Below are positions 46,738 to 57,143 of a stretch of 64,000 bases of DNA, piece by piece (positions within the stretch are counted from its first letter, which is position 1; the number at the start of each line of letters is the position of its first letter). The position numbers and the translations under genes are program-made. The stretch covers positions 328,635 to 392,634 of the forward strand of contig CAWJDF010000002.1 in assembly GCA_963841535.1 (NCBI GenBank). Direction: 5' to 3'. The stretch is from an uncultured Solirubrobacterales bacterium (GTDB lineage Bacteria; Actinomycetota; Thermoleophilia; Solirubrobacterales; Solirubrobacteraceae). The notes beneath the pieces are model-generated. The model was not told where the DNA came from, made no database searches, and was given only the letters and a program-made list of their open reading frames with translations.

Positions 46738-47426
46738 GCCGCGAACAATCGCAAATCCGGCTCGCGCTCGCCGCGGAGCACGGCCAGGTCCACCTCCACG
46801 CAGTCGATTCCCCGGGCGGCCGCCAGCACGCACGCCTGCGGCTTGATCGTCTGCGCGGCCAGCACGCCGCGACACGACGCGAAGGCCGGGTCGAGCCGGA
46901 TGCGCTCCAGGTAGCGGCTGAGCTGCTCCACCGCCTCGATGCCGGCTACCCGCTTGACCTCGACCGCCACCCACTCGTCGTCGGCGTCGCGGCACATCAG
47001 GTCGACCGGGCCGATGTCGGTCGGCCACTCGCGCCGGACCAGGCGAAGCCCTTCGCCGCACGAGACCGGTCGCTCGGCCAGCAGCTCCTGGAGATGGGCC
47101 TCGACCCCGTCCTTGGTCAGCGCGGTGTCCTCGGCCGGCGGGTCCATGTCGTGGCTCACGTCGGAGACGATCTCGTTGATGTCGATCTCCAGCCGGTCGC
47201 CGTCCGACTGGGCGCGCTTGCGCACGATGAGCTGGGTGGGTGGGGACCCGATCTCCTCGATCACGGTCGGCGGGGTCATCCAGTTGAGCGGCTTGTAGCC
47301 GCCGGCGTCGGCGTGGATCAGCACCGACCCGTCGGCCTTGACCATGATCAGCCGCAGCGCCTCCGGCAGGAGCGCATTCAGGCGTCCGCGATAGCGGACC
47401 TCACAACGGGCGACGATGAGCCGCAT
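46734..47426 (-). CDS. nucS: Mismatch-specific endonuclease NucS/EndoMS
   Basis: MRLIVARCEVRY, KADGSVLIH, YKPLNWM, TDIGPVDL, EVKR, EQLSRY. Confidence 0.95.
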   Translation of the reverse strand: MRLIVARCEVRYRGRLNALLPEALRLIMVKADGSVLIHADAGGYKPLNWMTPPTVIEEIGSPPTQLIVRKRAQSDGDRLEIDINEIVSDVSHDMDPPAEDTALTKDGVEAHLQELLAERPVSCGEGLRLVRREWPTDIGPVDLMCRDADDEWVAVEVKRVAGIEAVEQLSRYLERIRLDPAFASCRGVLAAQTIKPQACVLAAARGIDCVEVDLAVLRGEREPDLRLFAA

Positions 47427-47467
47427 CGGTGCCCCACCCTATGATCCGAATCGGACGTTCCACGCCT

Positions 47468-47851
47468 ATGCGCCAGCAACTCCGCCCCCTATTCGACCGC
47501 GTCGTGATCAAGGAGCTCGACCCTGATCGGGTGCGACGTTCCGGCCTGCTCGTCCCGGCCGGTTCCGAGGAGCCGCCGCCCCAGCACGGCATCGTGCTCG
47601 CGGTCGGCCCCGGCCTGGACTGGTGGGATCACGTGGGGATCGCGATGCCGGTCCGGCCCGGCGACCACGTGGTGTTCCCGGCGAGCGCCGGCGTGTGGAT
47701 CGAGGTCGAGGAGGAGCGCCTGCTCGTGTGCCGGGTGGGCGAGCTGCTCGGAGTCTTGGAGCCCGTCGAGAACTGCCCCGGCTGCGGGGGCCGCGCGCTG
47801 GCCGCCGGCGAGTCCTGCCCGGTTTGCGGGCGCGAGGGCTCGATCGCCTAA
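47468..47851 (+). CDS. GroES/Cpn10-like co-chaperonin with C-terminal CxxC-x11-CxxC extension
   Basis: LRPLFDRVVIK, SGLLVP, GIVLAVGPG, VRPGDHVVF; tail CPGC...CPVC. Confidence 0.85.
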   Translation: MRQQLRPLFDRVVIKELDPDRVRRSGLLVPAGSEEPPPQHGIVLAVGPGLDWWDHVGIAMPVRPGDHVVFPASAGVWIEVEEERLLVCRVGELLGVLEPVENCPGCGGRALAAGESCPVCGREGSIA

Positions 47852-47884
47852 GAACCCACCCGCCCCGCCCGCCCGGCCACCCCG

Positions 47885-48002
47885 ACCCGAAAATTCCGTC
47901 ATTCCGGCCGCGGATCTGCGTTAGCAGCCGGATTCTTCGTCTCCAGCCCGCATTTTCCGTCAGCAGCCTTTCCGGGCGCCTCGATTGGCGGAAATTTCGG
48001 GT
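47885..48002. repeat. 118-bp palindromic intergenic element, copy 2 (related to 26398-26512)
   Basis: ACCCGAAAATTCCGTCATT / ATTGGCGGAAATTTCGGGT (16/19); internal CCGGATTCTTC and TCCGTCAnCAGCC shared with copy 1. Confidence 0.8.
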
Positions 48003-48043
48003 CCGGGGGACGGAGCGAGGCCGGGCAGAAGCACCGGCGAGAG

Positions 48044-49297
48044 CTAAGCCGCGGTTCGCTCGGACAGCGAGCGGGGCTGGGCGGCCTGGACGCGCGCGAG
48101 CAGGTCGGCGACCTCGGCGTTGTCGCCGAGGGCCAGCGCCCGGTGGCAGGCCTCGATGCACTCGGACACCCGATCGGTCCGGGCCAGGGCGTGGGCGAAG
48201 GCGTTCCAGACGCTCTGCGAGTCCGGGTCCAGACGCGTGGCCGCCTCGGCCGCCGAAACCTCCGCCCCCACGTCCCCGGCCAGGTGGTAGGCGAGCGCGA
48301 GTGAGAGCAGGCCCTCGACGGTCGGGCCGACCAGCCGCGCCCGCTCGAGGGCCGAGATCGCGCCGGCGCGGTCCATCAGCCGCAGGCGCAGGCGGCCCAG
48401 GCGCTCCCACGAGGAGGCGTCGGCGGGCGCACGGTTCGCCGCGCGCTCGGCCGCCTCGGCGGCCAGGTCGACCGCGCCCATGTCCTCGTAGATCCGGGCC
48501 GCGAAGCGCTCGGGCGTGGGGCGATCGGTCTCGGCGCGCGCCCAGTCGCGCACGGTGCGCGCGGCGGCGGGCAGATTTCCGGCCTGCCAGAAGGCGCTGG
48601 TGAGCAACCTCAGCACGACCGGGTTCATCCGGTCGGCGTCGCGGGCGTAGATGAGGCGCTGTGCGGCCAGCGCGGCATCGCCCTCGGCCAAGGCGTGCTG
48701 CGCCGCAGTCATGAACCGCTGCACCCGATCCGCGGCCGGGTCGGGCCTGGAGAAGTCGACGAACTGCAGCGACCCGGCCGGGATCGTTCGGATCCCGATC
48801 GAGAATTTCACCCGGGCCCACTGCTGGACGTCGTCTTCGTCGCCCGAGAAGTAGATCCCGGTCACGCTGCCCACCCCCCACTCCGGATAAGCCATGCAGC
48901 GGGCGTAGCGGTGCACGACCGAGTGGTCGGGCACGCGCGAGCCGAACGGGTCGTGCTTGGCGCGCTCGTCGGCCGCCGCCCGCTCGCGCTGCTCGGCCTC
49001 GTAGGCCCGCCGGCCCTCTTCGGCGCGGGCCTTGCGCGCGGCCGCGGCCGACACCTTGACCGCGTTGCGGCTGACCCGACCGCCGCGCGAGGACTCGGCC
49101 AGCTGCTCGAGCTGATCGGCCGCTTCGTTGATCGCCTGCAGATGGCGCTGATGCTCGTGCTGGCGTCCCGGCGGCGCGATGTCGGGGTGCCAGCGCTTGG
49201 CCATCCGCCGGCGCGCGAGTTGGACCGTGCGCTGATCGAACGGCGGCTCGAGCTCCAGGAGGAGGAGGGCCTGCTCAACGTCGAGGATGCGGGGCAT
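48044..49297 (-). CDS. J-domain protein with central beta (Tudor-like) domain and TPR repeats
   Basis: ARRRMAKRWHPD...LQAINEA; Ala-rich TPR-like repeats (PADASSWERLG, PDSQSVWNAFA). Confidence 0.85.
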   Translation of the reverse strand: MPRILDVEQALLLLELEPPFDQRTVQLARRRMAKRWHPDIAPPGRQHEHQRHLQAINEAADQLEQLAESSRGGRVSRNAVKVSAAAARKARAEEGRRAYEAEQRERAAADERAKHDPFGSRVPDHSVVHRYARCMAYPEWGVGSVTGIYFSGDEDDVQQWARVKFSIGIRTIPAGSLQFVDFSRPDPAADRVQRFMTAAQHALAEGDAALAAQRLIYARDADRMNPVVLRLLTSAFWQAGNLPAAARTVRDWARAETDRPTPERFAARIYEDMGAVDLAAEAAERAANRAPADASSWERLGRLRLRLMDRAGAISALERARLVGPTVEGLLSLALAYHLAGDVGAEVSAAEAATRLDPDSQSVWNAFAHALARTDRVSECIEACHRALALGDNAEVADLLARVQAAQPRSLSERTAA

Positions 49298-49365
49298 GAA
49301 GTGTCTAAGTTAGCGACGCCGACAAGCCCTCGGGGCACTCCCTGACCGCCCCGGGCCGCGCTCTG

Positions 49366-49421
49366 CAACAAATTAGCCTCAATCACATTCAGTTATATTC
49401 AGAGGCCCTAATCTGACCTGC
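49366..49421 (+). promoter_or_regulatory. AT-rich leaderless promoter with three 10-bp direct repeats
   Basis: TAGCCTCAAT CACATTCAGT TATATTCAGA at 49374-49403; -10 TAATCT 49409-49414, 7 nt before ATG 49422. Confidence 0.7.
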
Positions 49422-50564
49422 ATGGGGCGCAGCGCGAGAACCCGGCGGGGCGGTGGCGGGCTGGTGGTCCTGGCCGGCGTTGCCGCCGTGTTCGCCGCCG
49501 GGCTCGGCGCTGCGGTACTTGCGCTGCTGACCAGCGTGTTCGGCGGTGCCGGCGACCAGTGCGGCTCGCCCGCCGGCGCCACCCAGGCGACCGCGTCGCA
49601 GGCGGCCGGCCCAGGGGGCGGGATCGTGCTCGGTCCACCCGGCAGCGGCCAGCGGGTCGGCGCCACCGAGTACGGCGGGCCGGGAGACCCGAGCACCGGC
49701 GTGTTCGGCTCCTCGGGCGCCAACCTCCTCGACTCCCCGGACAGCTATGCCGAGCTGGGCGGCACTACGTTCCAGACGGCCACCGCGATGGGCGGCTTGC
49801 CCTACCTGACGCCACTGCGCATCACCTGGGGCGCGCGCTCGGCGATCGCCTACAAGCGCGACATCGGGCTGGGCGGAGGACCGATCGCAGGCCTGCCCCG
49901 GGTGCTCGACCTGTGGTGGGAGCTGGCCGGGCGGCTCGGCATCCCGTACGAGGACGGGCTGTGGTCGGGCTCGGTGCAAATCGCCCGCCCGCCGGCCGCG
50001 GGCGCGGGAAACGTGCTGGGACAGAGCGACGGGGCGACGCCGGTGCTGATCCGGGCGGCCCCCGCCGCGCAGGATCCGGGGGCATGCGCGCCGGCGGCGG
50101 TCGAGGGCGTTCCGGTGACCACCGCCGATCACGCCCAACTGCTCGCGAACGGTCTGGCCGCCGCGCCGGCCGACGCGCCGCCCGCGGTCGCCCAGATCAT
50201 CGCCGCCGGCAACCAGATCGTCGGCAGGCCGTACGAGGTCGGAGGCGGTCACGGCCTGCCCCTGTCCGAGAGCGCCTCCACCTATGACTGCTCGAGCAGC
50301 GTCGAGCACCTGCTGTACGGCGCGCGGCTGCTCCCGCTGAGCTACGACGCACCGTCGGGGACGCTCGAGTCCTTCGGTGAGCCCGGCCCCGGTCGCTGGG
50401 TGACGCTGTACGCCAATCCCGACCACGTATTCATGTACGTGGCCGGGCTGCGCTGGGACACCCACAACGCGGCCGGACCCGATGACGGGAGCGCCGGCAT
50501 CGGATGGCACCCGCTGATCCGGAGCGCGGCCGGGTTCGTGGCGCGGCATCCGGCAGGGTTGTGA
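49422..50564 (+). CDS. Membrane-anchored two-domain peptidoglycan hydrolase (RlpA/DPBB-like + NlpC/P60), VirB1/CwlT-like
   Basis: N-terminal TM then Cys; ATEYGG...LPYLTPLRI...KRDIG...RVLDLW; PYEVGGGH...YDCSSSV...HVFMY. Confidence 0.8.
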   Translation: MGRSARTRRGGGGLVVLAGVAAVFAAGLGAAVLALLTSVFGGAGDQCGSPAGATQATASQAAGPGGGIVLGPPGSGQRVGATEYGGPGDPSTGVFGSSGANLLDSPDSYAELGGTTFQTATAMGGLPYLTPLRITWGARSAIAYKRDIGLGGGPIAGLPRVLDLWWELAGRLGIPYEDGLWSGSVQIARPPAAGAGNVLGQSDGATPVLIRAAPAAQDPGACAPAAVEGVPVTTADHAQLLANGLAAAPADAPPAVAQIIAAGNQIVGRPYEVGGGHGLPLSESASTYDCSSSVEHLLYGARLLPLSYDAPSGTLESFGEPGPGRWVTLYANPDHVFMYVAGLRWDTHNAAGPDDGSAGIGWHPLIRSAAGFVARHPAGL

Positions 50565-51109
50565 GCCGCATGCGCAGCGCCGGCGCGATCGGACTCTGCG
50601 CGCTGGCATGCGCCGCCTGCGGCGCCGCGCACCACCGAACCCCGGCGAGACCGTCGAAGCTCGCCCAGGCTCAGGCCGGCCACGAGTACCCCTCGCCGCC
50701 ACCGCCGCCCCAGACCGCCACCGGGGCGGCGAGCGGGCCGGCGGCCGCCGTGCGCGCCTTCGCCACCGCGTACATCAACTGGACGGCGCAGACGGTCGCC
50801 CGAGACATGCGCTCGCTGGCGGCCCAGAGCGTCGGCCAGGCCCGCTCGGCGATGGCGCTCGCCGCCGGCGAGACGGCCGACGACTACGAGCTCGAGCGGG
50901 GCGGGATCGCCAACCATGGGACGGTGCAGGCGGTGGCGCCGCTCCCGGGCGGCCGCAACCAGTACGTAGTCGTGACGCTCGAGTCGACGAGCGCGACCAA
51001 CACCACCGCCTATCGGGGACTGCGCCCGGCCTGGCACGTCGCGCTCGCCACCGTGACCGAGCTGCAGCCCGGTCAGTGGGTGGTGAGCGCGTGGCAGCCG
51101 GAGAGCTAA
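50561..51109 (+). CDS. Lipoprotein, probable NTF2-like (VirB8/TcpC-like) fold
   Basis: GTGA coupling; lipobox CAAC; Pro linker; AVRAFATAYINW...GQWVVSAWQP. Confidence 0.65.
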   Translation: MSRMRSAGAIGLCALACAACGAAHHRTPARPSKLAQAQAGHEYPSPPPPPQTATGAASGPAAAVRAFATAYINWTAQTVARDMRSLAAQSVGQARSAMALAAGETADDYELERGGIANHGTVQAVAPLPGGRNQYVVVTLESTSATNTTAYRGLRPAWHVALATVTELQPGQWVVSAWQPES

Positions 51110-51148
51110 CTCAGAAGCGGAGCGTGCGAGGCCCGGAGCCGGATGCGG

Positions 51149-51571
51149 TCACACCGGCTGTCCATTCGCGGTCAGCGTGACCTCGACGTTCCCGCGGGTG
51201 GCGTTCGAGTACGGGCAGATCTGGTGCGCCGCCGCGACGATCTCCTTGGCCTGCTCGGCGTCCTCCACCTGGGGAAGCGTCACGTCGAGCTCGACGGCCA
51301 CGTTGAACCCGCGATCCTCGGTCGTGATCAGGCTGACCTTGCTGTCGATCGAGGCGTCGCCGACCTCGGCCTTGGCGCGCCGAGCGGCGACGCCGAGCGC
51401 GCCCTCGAAGCAGGCCGCATAGCCGACGGCGAACAGCTGCTCCGGATTGGTGCCGCCGCCTTCGGTGGGCGGGCGCAGCTGCACGTCGAGGGCGCCGTCG
51501 GTGGTCTTGCCGTGGCCCTTCTCCCGTCCGCCCGTGACCGTCGCTTCTGCGGTGTACACGACCTTCGCCAT
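51149..51571 (-). CDS. ohr: Organic hydroperoxide resistance protein
   Basis: [33 protein letters not shown]. Confidence 0.95.
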   Translation of the reverse strand: MAKVVYTAEATVTGGREKGHGKTTDGALDVQLRPPTEGGGTNPEQLFAVGYAACFEGALGVAARRAKAEVGDASIDSKVSLITTEDRGFNVAVELDVTLPQVEDAEQAKEIVAAAHQICPYSNATRGNVEVTLTANGQPV

Positions 51572-51602
51572 CTCGCTCTCCTTCGTCGTTGAGGGCACAA
51601 GT

Positions 51603-51770
51603 TTAATGCGCGGCGATGTTCAGCACCACGGCGGTCGCGAAGCACACCACTGCCGCCGCCCGGAGGAGCCAGCCGGCACGGTCGCCGGGACGGCCGGTCA
51701 CCATGCCGACGATAGCCACCGTCATGCAGGCGACGGCGATGAGCGCGAACCCCGCAGCCAGAGCGCGCAC
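51603..51770 (-). CDS. Small two-TM membrane protein
   Basis: GTG 51770 after AGGAG; [22 protein letters not shown]...AVVLNIAAH. Confidence 0.55.
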   Translation of the reverse strand: MRALAAGFALIAVACMTVAIVGMVTGRPGDRAGWLLRAAAVVCFATAVVLNIAAH

Positions 51771-51800
51771 GACCGGGCTCCTATCCTCTGCACGACGACC

Positions 51801-53455
<1,655 letters not shown>

Positions 53456-53456
<1 letters not shown>

Positions 53457-54295
53457 TGGCCGTCTCGCGGGTCGTCCTGATCACCGGCTGCTCGAGCGGG
53501 ATCGGCCACGCCACGGCCAAGCTGCTGTGTCGCGAGGGGTGGACGGTCTACGCCACCGCACGCAAGCCCGAGACGCTGTTCGACCTCGAGCAGGGCGGCT
53601 GCAAGACGCTCGCCCTCGATGTCACCGACGAGGCATCGATGGCCGCCGCGGTCGAGACGGTCGAACACGCCGAGGGCGCCGTCGGCGTGCTGATCAACAA
53701 CGCCGGCTACAGCCAGTCGGGCGCGGTCGAGTCGGTGGCGATCGGGCAGGTGCGCCGGCAGTTCGAGACCAACGTATTTGGGCTGATACGGATGTGCCAG
53801 CTGGTGCTGCCGGGCATGCGTGGGCAACGCTGGGGCCGGATCGTCAACCTGTCCTCGATGGGCGGGCGGCTCACTTTCCCGGGGGGCGGGATGTATCACG
53901 CCACCAAGTACGCGGTCGAGGCGATCTCCGACGCGCTGCGCTTCGAGGTGCGGGGCTTCGGGGTCGCGGTGATCGTGATCGAGCCGGGCCTGATCGTCAC
54001 GAACTTCGGCGACACAGCGGCGGCTTCGGTGGGCGACGCCCAGGGACCGTACGCAAGCTTCAACCGGGAGGTGGCACGGGCCACCGAGCATGTCTACAAA
54101 GGCCCGCTGTCGAAGCTGGGCGGCGGGCCGGAGACGGTCGCCGGCACGATCTCGGCGGCGCTCAACGCCAAGCGCCCGAAGGCTCGCTACCCCGTGACCC
54201 CGAGCGCCCGGGTCATGATGGGCCAGCGGCGCCTGATGCCCGATCGGGTGTGGGACCTGCTCATGCGCACGCAGTTCCCGACCCCGAAGTTATAG
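53456..54295 (+). CDS. SDR-family oxidoreductase
   Basis: TGCSSGIG, NNAG, YHATK. Confidence 0.92.
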
Positions 54296-54333
54296 CTATA
54301 GACATATATATAGATCTATAGGTATATCTATAT
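54290..54333. other. Extremely AT-rich palindromic tract between convergent stop codons
   Basis: TTATAGCTATAGACATATATATAGATCTATAGGTATATCTATAT. Confidence 0.7.
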
Positions 54334-55005
54334 GCCCAGCGCTTCGAGGGTGCGGCGCAGGCCGGTCGCGTCGGACGCGACGGCGTCCGCCCCCGCGAGC
54401 TCGTCCGCCCCGTATTGCCCGGTGGTCACGGCGACGCAGCGCAGGCCGTCGGCCCGAGCGCACGCGATGTCACGCGGAGTGTCGCCGATCACGACGGCCT
54501 GCTCGCGCGGGATGTGCCCGGCCCGCCGGCGCGCGATCGGAGGCAGCGCGGCGCGATCCTCGGAATCGGACCCGAAGCCGCCCGGCGCCGAGCGGAACGA
54601 TTTCCCGATTCCCGCGCGACCCAGCTTCAGTCGCGCCACCGGCTCGTAGTTGCCGGTGAGGAGCCCCAGCCGAACGCCCTCGCGCTCGGCCAGCCAGGCG
54701 AGCAGCTCGGGGATGCCGGGCACGACATGCGAGCTGAGATCCGGCGGGCAGATGCCGGCGTAGATACGGCAGCACGCCTCGCACACGTCCCGGGAGCGCT
54801 CGTCGATGCGCAGGGCGGACACGCCGAGGTCGAGCAGGATCAGCCGAGCGATCTCTCCGTCCGTCCGGCCGGCCGGGTTGATCAGACGGCGTCTCCCGGA
54901 CGGATCCACCCGATGCACCTCCCTGATCGCGCCGTTCAGCGCCTGGCTGTGTGCCCGGGTGGCGGAGGTCAGGAGCGTGCCGTCGATGTCGAACAGCACG
55001 AGCAC
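54328..55005 (-). CDS. HAD-family hydrolase
   Basis: LFDIDGTL, LLTGN, IGDTPRD. Confidence 0.9.
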   Translation of the reverse strand: MLVLFDIDGTLLTSATRAHSQALNGAIREVHRVDPSGRRRLINPAGRTDGEIARLILLDLGVSALRIDERSRDVCEACCRIYAGICPPDLSSHVVPGIPELLAWLAEREGVRLGLLTGNYEPVARLKLGRAGIGKSFRSAPGGFGSDSEDRAALPPIARRRAGHIPREQAVVIGDTPRDIACARADGLRCVAVTTGQYGADELAGADAVASDATGLRRTLEALGI

Positions 55006-55019
55006 GGCAACGGCGCGAC

Positions 55020-56078
55020 TCAGCGCTCGAACGAGGTGCCGGGCTCGAGCCGCCGGGCGAAGGCCGCGATCAGGCGGGCCGCCGCCTCGATGTCGGCCAT
55101 CGACACCATCTCGACCGGGGAGTGCATGTACCGGCAGGGGATCGAGATCAACCCGGTGGGGACCCCGGCGCGGCTGAGGTGGATTGCGTCGGCGTCGGTG
55201 CCGGTCCCCTTCCCCAGGGACTCGAGCGTGTACGGAACGTCCTCCGCCTCGGCCGCCTCGTACAGCCGCTCGAACACCAGCGGGTGCAACGAGGTCCCGC
55301 GGGCGATGACCGGCCCCGAATCGAGCGGATGGCGGGTGATCGGCCCAAGCTCGACCCCCGGCTGATCGGTGGCGAAGGTCAGGTCGACCACCACCGCGAT
55401 GTCCGGATCGTGGGCGAACGCGCTCGTCCGCGCGCCGGCGAACGTGGTCTCCTCCTGGGTCACGGCCAGGGCAAGCAGGTCTCCGGGCGCGCCGCCGTCC
55501 TGGGCGACCAGCCGGGCCGCCTCGGCGGCGACGTAGCAGCCGACCCGGTTGTCCAGCGAGCGCGAGACGATCCGGTCGTGGCGGAACTCGACCGGTTCGG
55601 CGTCGATCACCGCCACGTCCCCGATGCGGACCAGCCGGCGGGCCTCGTCGGCGTCCGTGGCCCCGATGTCGATGTGAAGCTCCTTGACCTCGGGCACCTT
55701 CTTGCGGTCCTCGTCTTTGAGCAGGTGAATCGGCTTGCGGCCGATCACGCCGGGCACGTCGCCCTCGCGCGTGTGCAGCCGGACCCGCTGGCCGATCAGC
55801 ACGCCGGCGTCCCAGCCGCCCACCTGGCCGAAACGCAGATACCCGTCGTCGTCGATGTGCGAGACGTGCAGGCCGATCTCGTCGATGTGGCCGACCACGG
55901 CAACGGTGAGCCCGTCGGCGGTGCCGGGGACGCGCGCGTACGAAGAGCCGACGCGATCGCCGCCCACATCCTTCGCGAAGCTCGAGCAGTAGTCCCGCCA
56001 CACCTGTGCCGGGATCGACTCGTGCCCCGAGGGACCGGGCGCACTCAAGAGCCGCATGAGCAGTTCCGGCGCACTCAT
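55020..56078 (-). CDS. M42-family aminopeptidase
   Basis: GPSGHE, GHIDEIG, LDNRVG, TQEE, TGTDA, RYMHSPVE. Confidence 0.93.
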   Translation of the reverse strand: MSAPELLMRLLSAPGPSGHESIPAQVWRDYCSSFAKDVGGDRVGSSYARVPGTADGLTVAVVGHIDEIGLHVSHIDDDGYLRFGQVGGWDAGVLIGQRVRLHTREGDVPGVIGRKPIHLLKDEDRKKVPEVKELHIDIGATDADEARRLVRIGDVAVIDAEPVEFRHDRIVSRSLDNRVGCYVAAEAARLVAQDGGAPGDLLALAVTQEETTFAGARTSAFAHDPDIAVVVDLTFATDQPGVELGPITRHPLDSGPVIARGTSLHPLVFERLYEAAEAEDVPYTLESLGKGTGTDADAIHLSRAGVPTGLISIPCRYMHSPVEMVSMADIEAAARLIAAFARRLEPGTSFER

Positions 56079-56168
56079 GCCCCGAAGGCTATTCACTAAC
56101 GCGCTCGATTGCGGAGTGTGCGGCCGTCCCGCGTGTGTAGGGCGCCTGCGGTGGGTAGCAATCCAGAT

Positions 56169-57143
56169 ATGTCTTCGGACCTGAAGGTGGACGAGCGGGA
56201 GTCCGAGCTCGAGTCGCTGCGCGGATTGCTGGCCGATCGGGGGATCGAGCTGCGCGACGATCGGGCCTATCAGCGCGACCGCGAAGCAGACGCGGCCTTC
56301 GGTGCGAGCGACGCCGCCGAGCGCACCACGGACTCGATGTCGCTGTTCCTGGCCGAGGTCCGCCGCCACCGGCTGCTGACGCGGTCCGAGGAGGTGGCTC
56401 TGGCCAAGCGGATCGAGCGCGGCGACCTCCTCGCCAAGGAGCGCCTGGTCAACTCGAACCTGCGCCTCGTCATCTCCAACGCCCGCAGCTACGAGGGCCT
56501 CGATCTGCCGCTCCTGGACCTGATCCAGGAGGGCATGCTCGGCCTGATCCGCGCGGCCGAGAAGTTCGACTGGCGCAAGGGCTACAAGTTCTCCACCTAC
56601 GCCACGTTCTGGATCCGGGAGTCGATCCAGCGGGCGATCGCCAACCGGGCCCGGCCGATCCGGGTGCCCGTCCACATCGGCCAGCGCGAGCGGCGCATCG
56701 GGCGCGCCCGGGCCACGCTGATCGCCGAGCTGGGTCGCGAGCCGAGCGACGAGGAGATCGCGAAGGCCGCCGAACTCGAGCTTCGCGAGGTGCTGGCCAC
56801 CCGGAACATCGCACGAGTGGTGACGAGCCTCGACCGGCCCGTGGGCGAGGAGGAGGAGACCACGCTGGGCGCGCTGCTCGCCTCAGACGCGAGCGCCCCC
56901 CACGAAGAGGTCGAACTCGCCGCGCGCGACGCGGCCCTGCGCCGGGCGCTGCAGCGCCTCCCCGAGCCCGAACGCAACGTGGTCAAGCTCCGCTACGGGA
57001 TCGACGGCGACGAGCCGACGCCGCTCCGGGAGGCCGGCCGGCGGCTGGGCATCTCCTCGGACGCGGTCCGAAAGCTCGAGCGCAAGGCGCTCGCCGAGCT
57101 GGCCGAGAGCGGCGAGCTAGAAGCGCTCCGCCCGGCGGCCTAG
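56169..57143 (+). CDS. RpoD/SigA-like group-2 sigma factor (no region 1.1)
   Basis: LLTRSEEVALAKRIE, NLRLVIS, DLIQEG, KFDWRKGYKFSTYATFWIR, region 4 HTH. Confidence 0.92.
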   Translation: MSSDLKVDERESELESLRGLLADRGIELRDDRAYQRDREADAAFGASDAAERTTDSMSLFLAEVRRHRLLTRSEEVALAKRIERGDLLAKERLVNSNLRLVISNARSYEGLDLPLLDLIQEGMLGLIRAAEKFDWRKGYKFSTYATFWIRESIQRAIANRARPIRVPVHIGQRERRIGRARATLIAELGREPSDEEIAKAAELELREVLATRNIARVVTSLDRPVGEEEETTLGALLASDASAPHEEVELAARDAALRRALQRLPEPERNVVKLRYGIDGDEPTPLREAGRRLGISSDAVRKLERKALAELAESGELEALRPAA

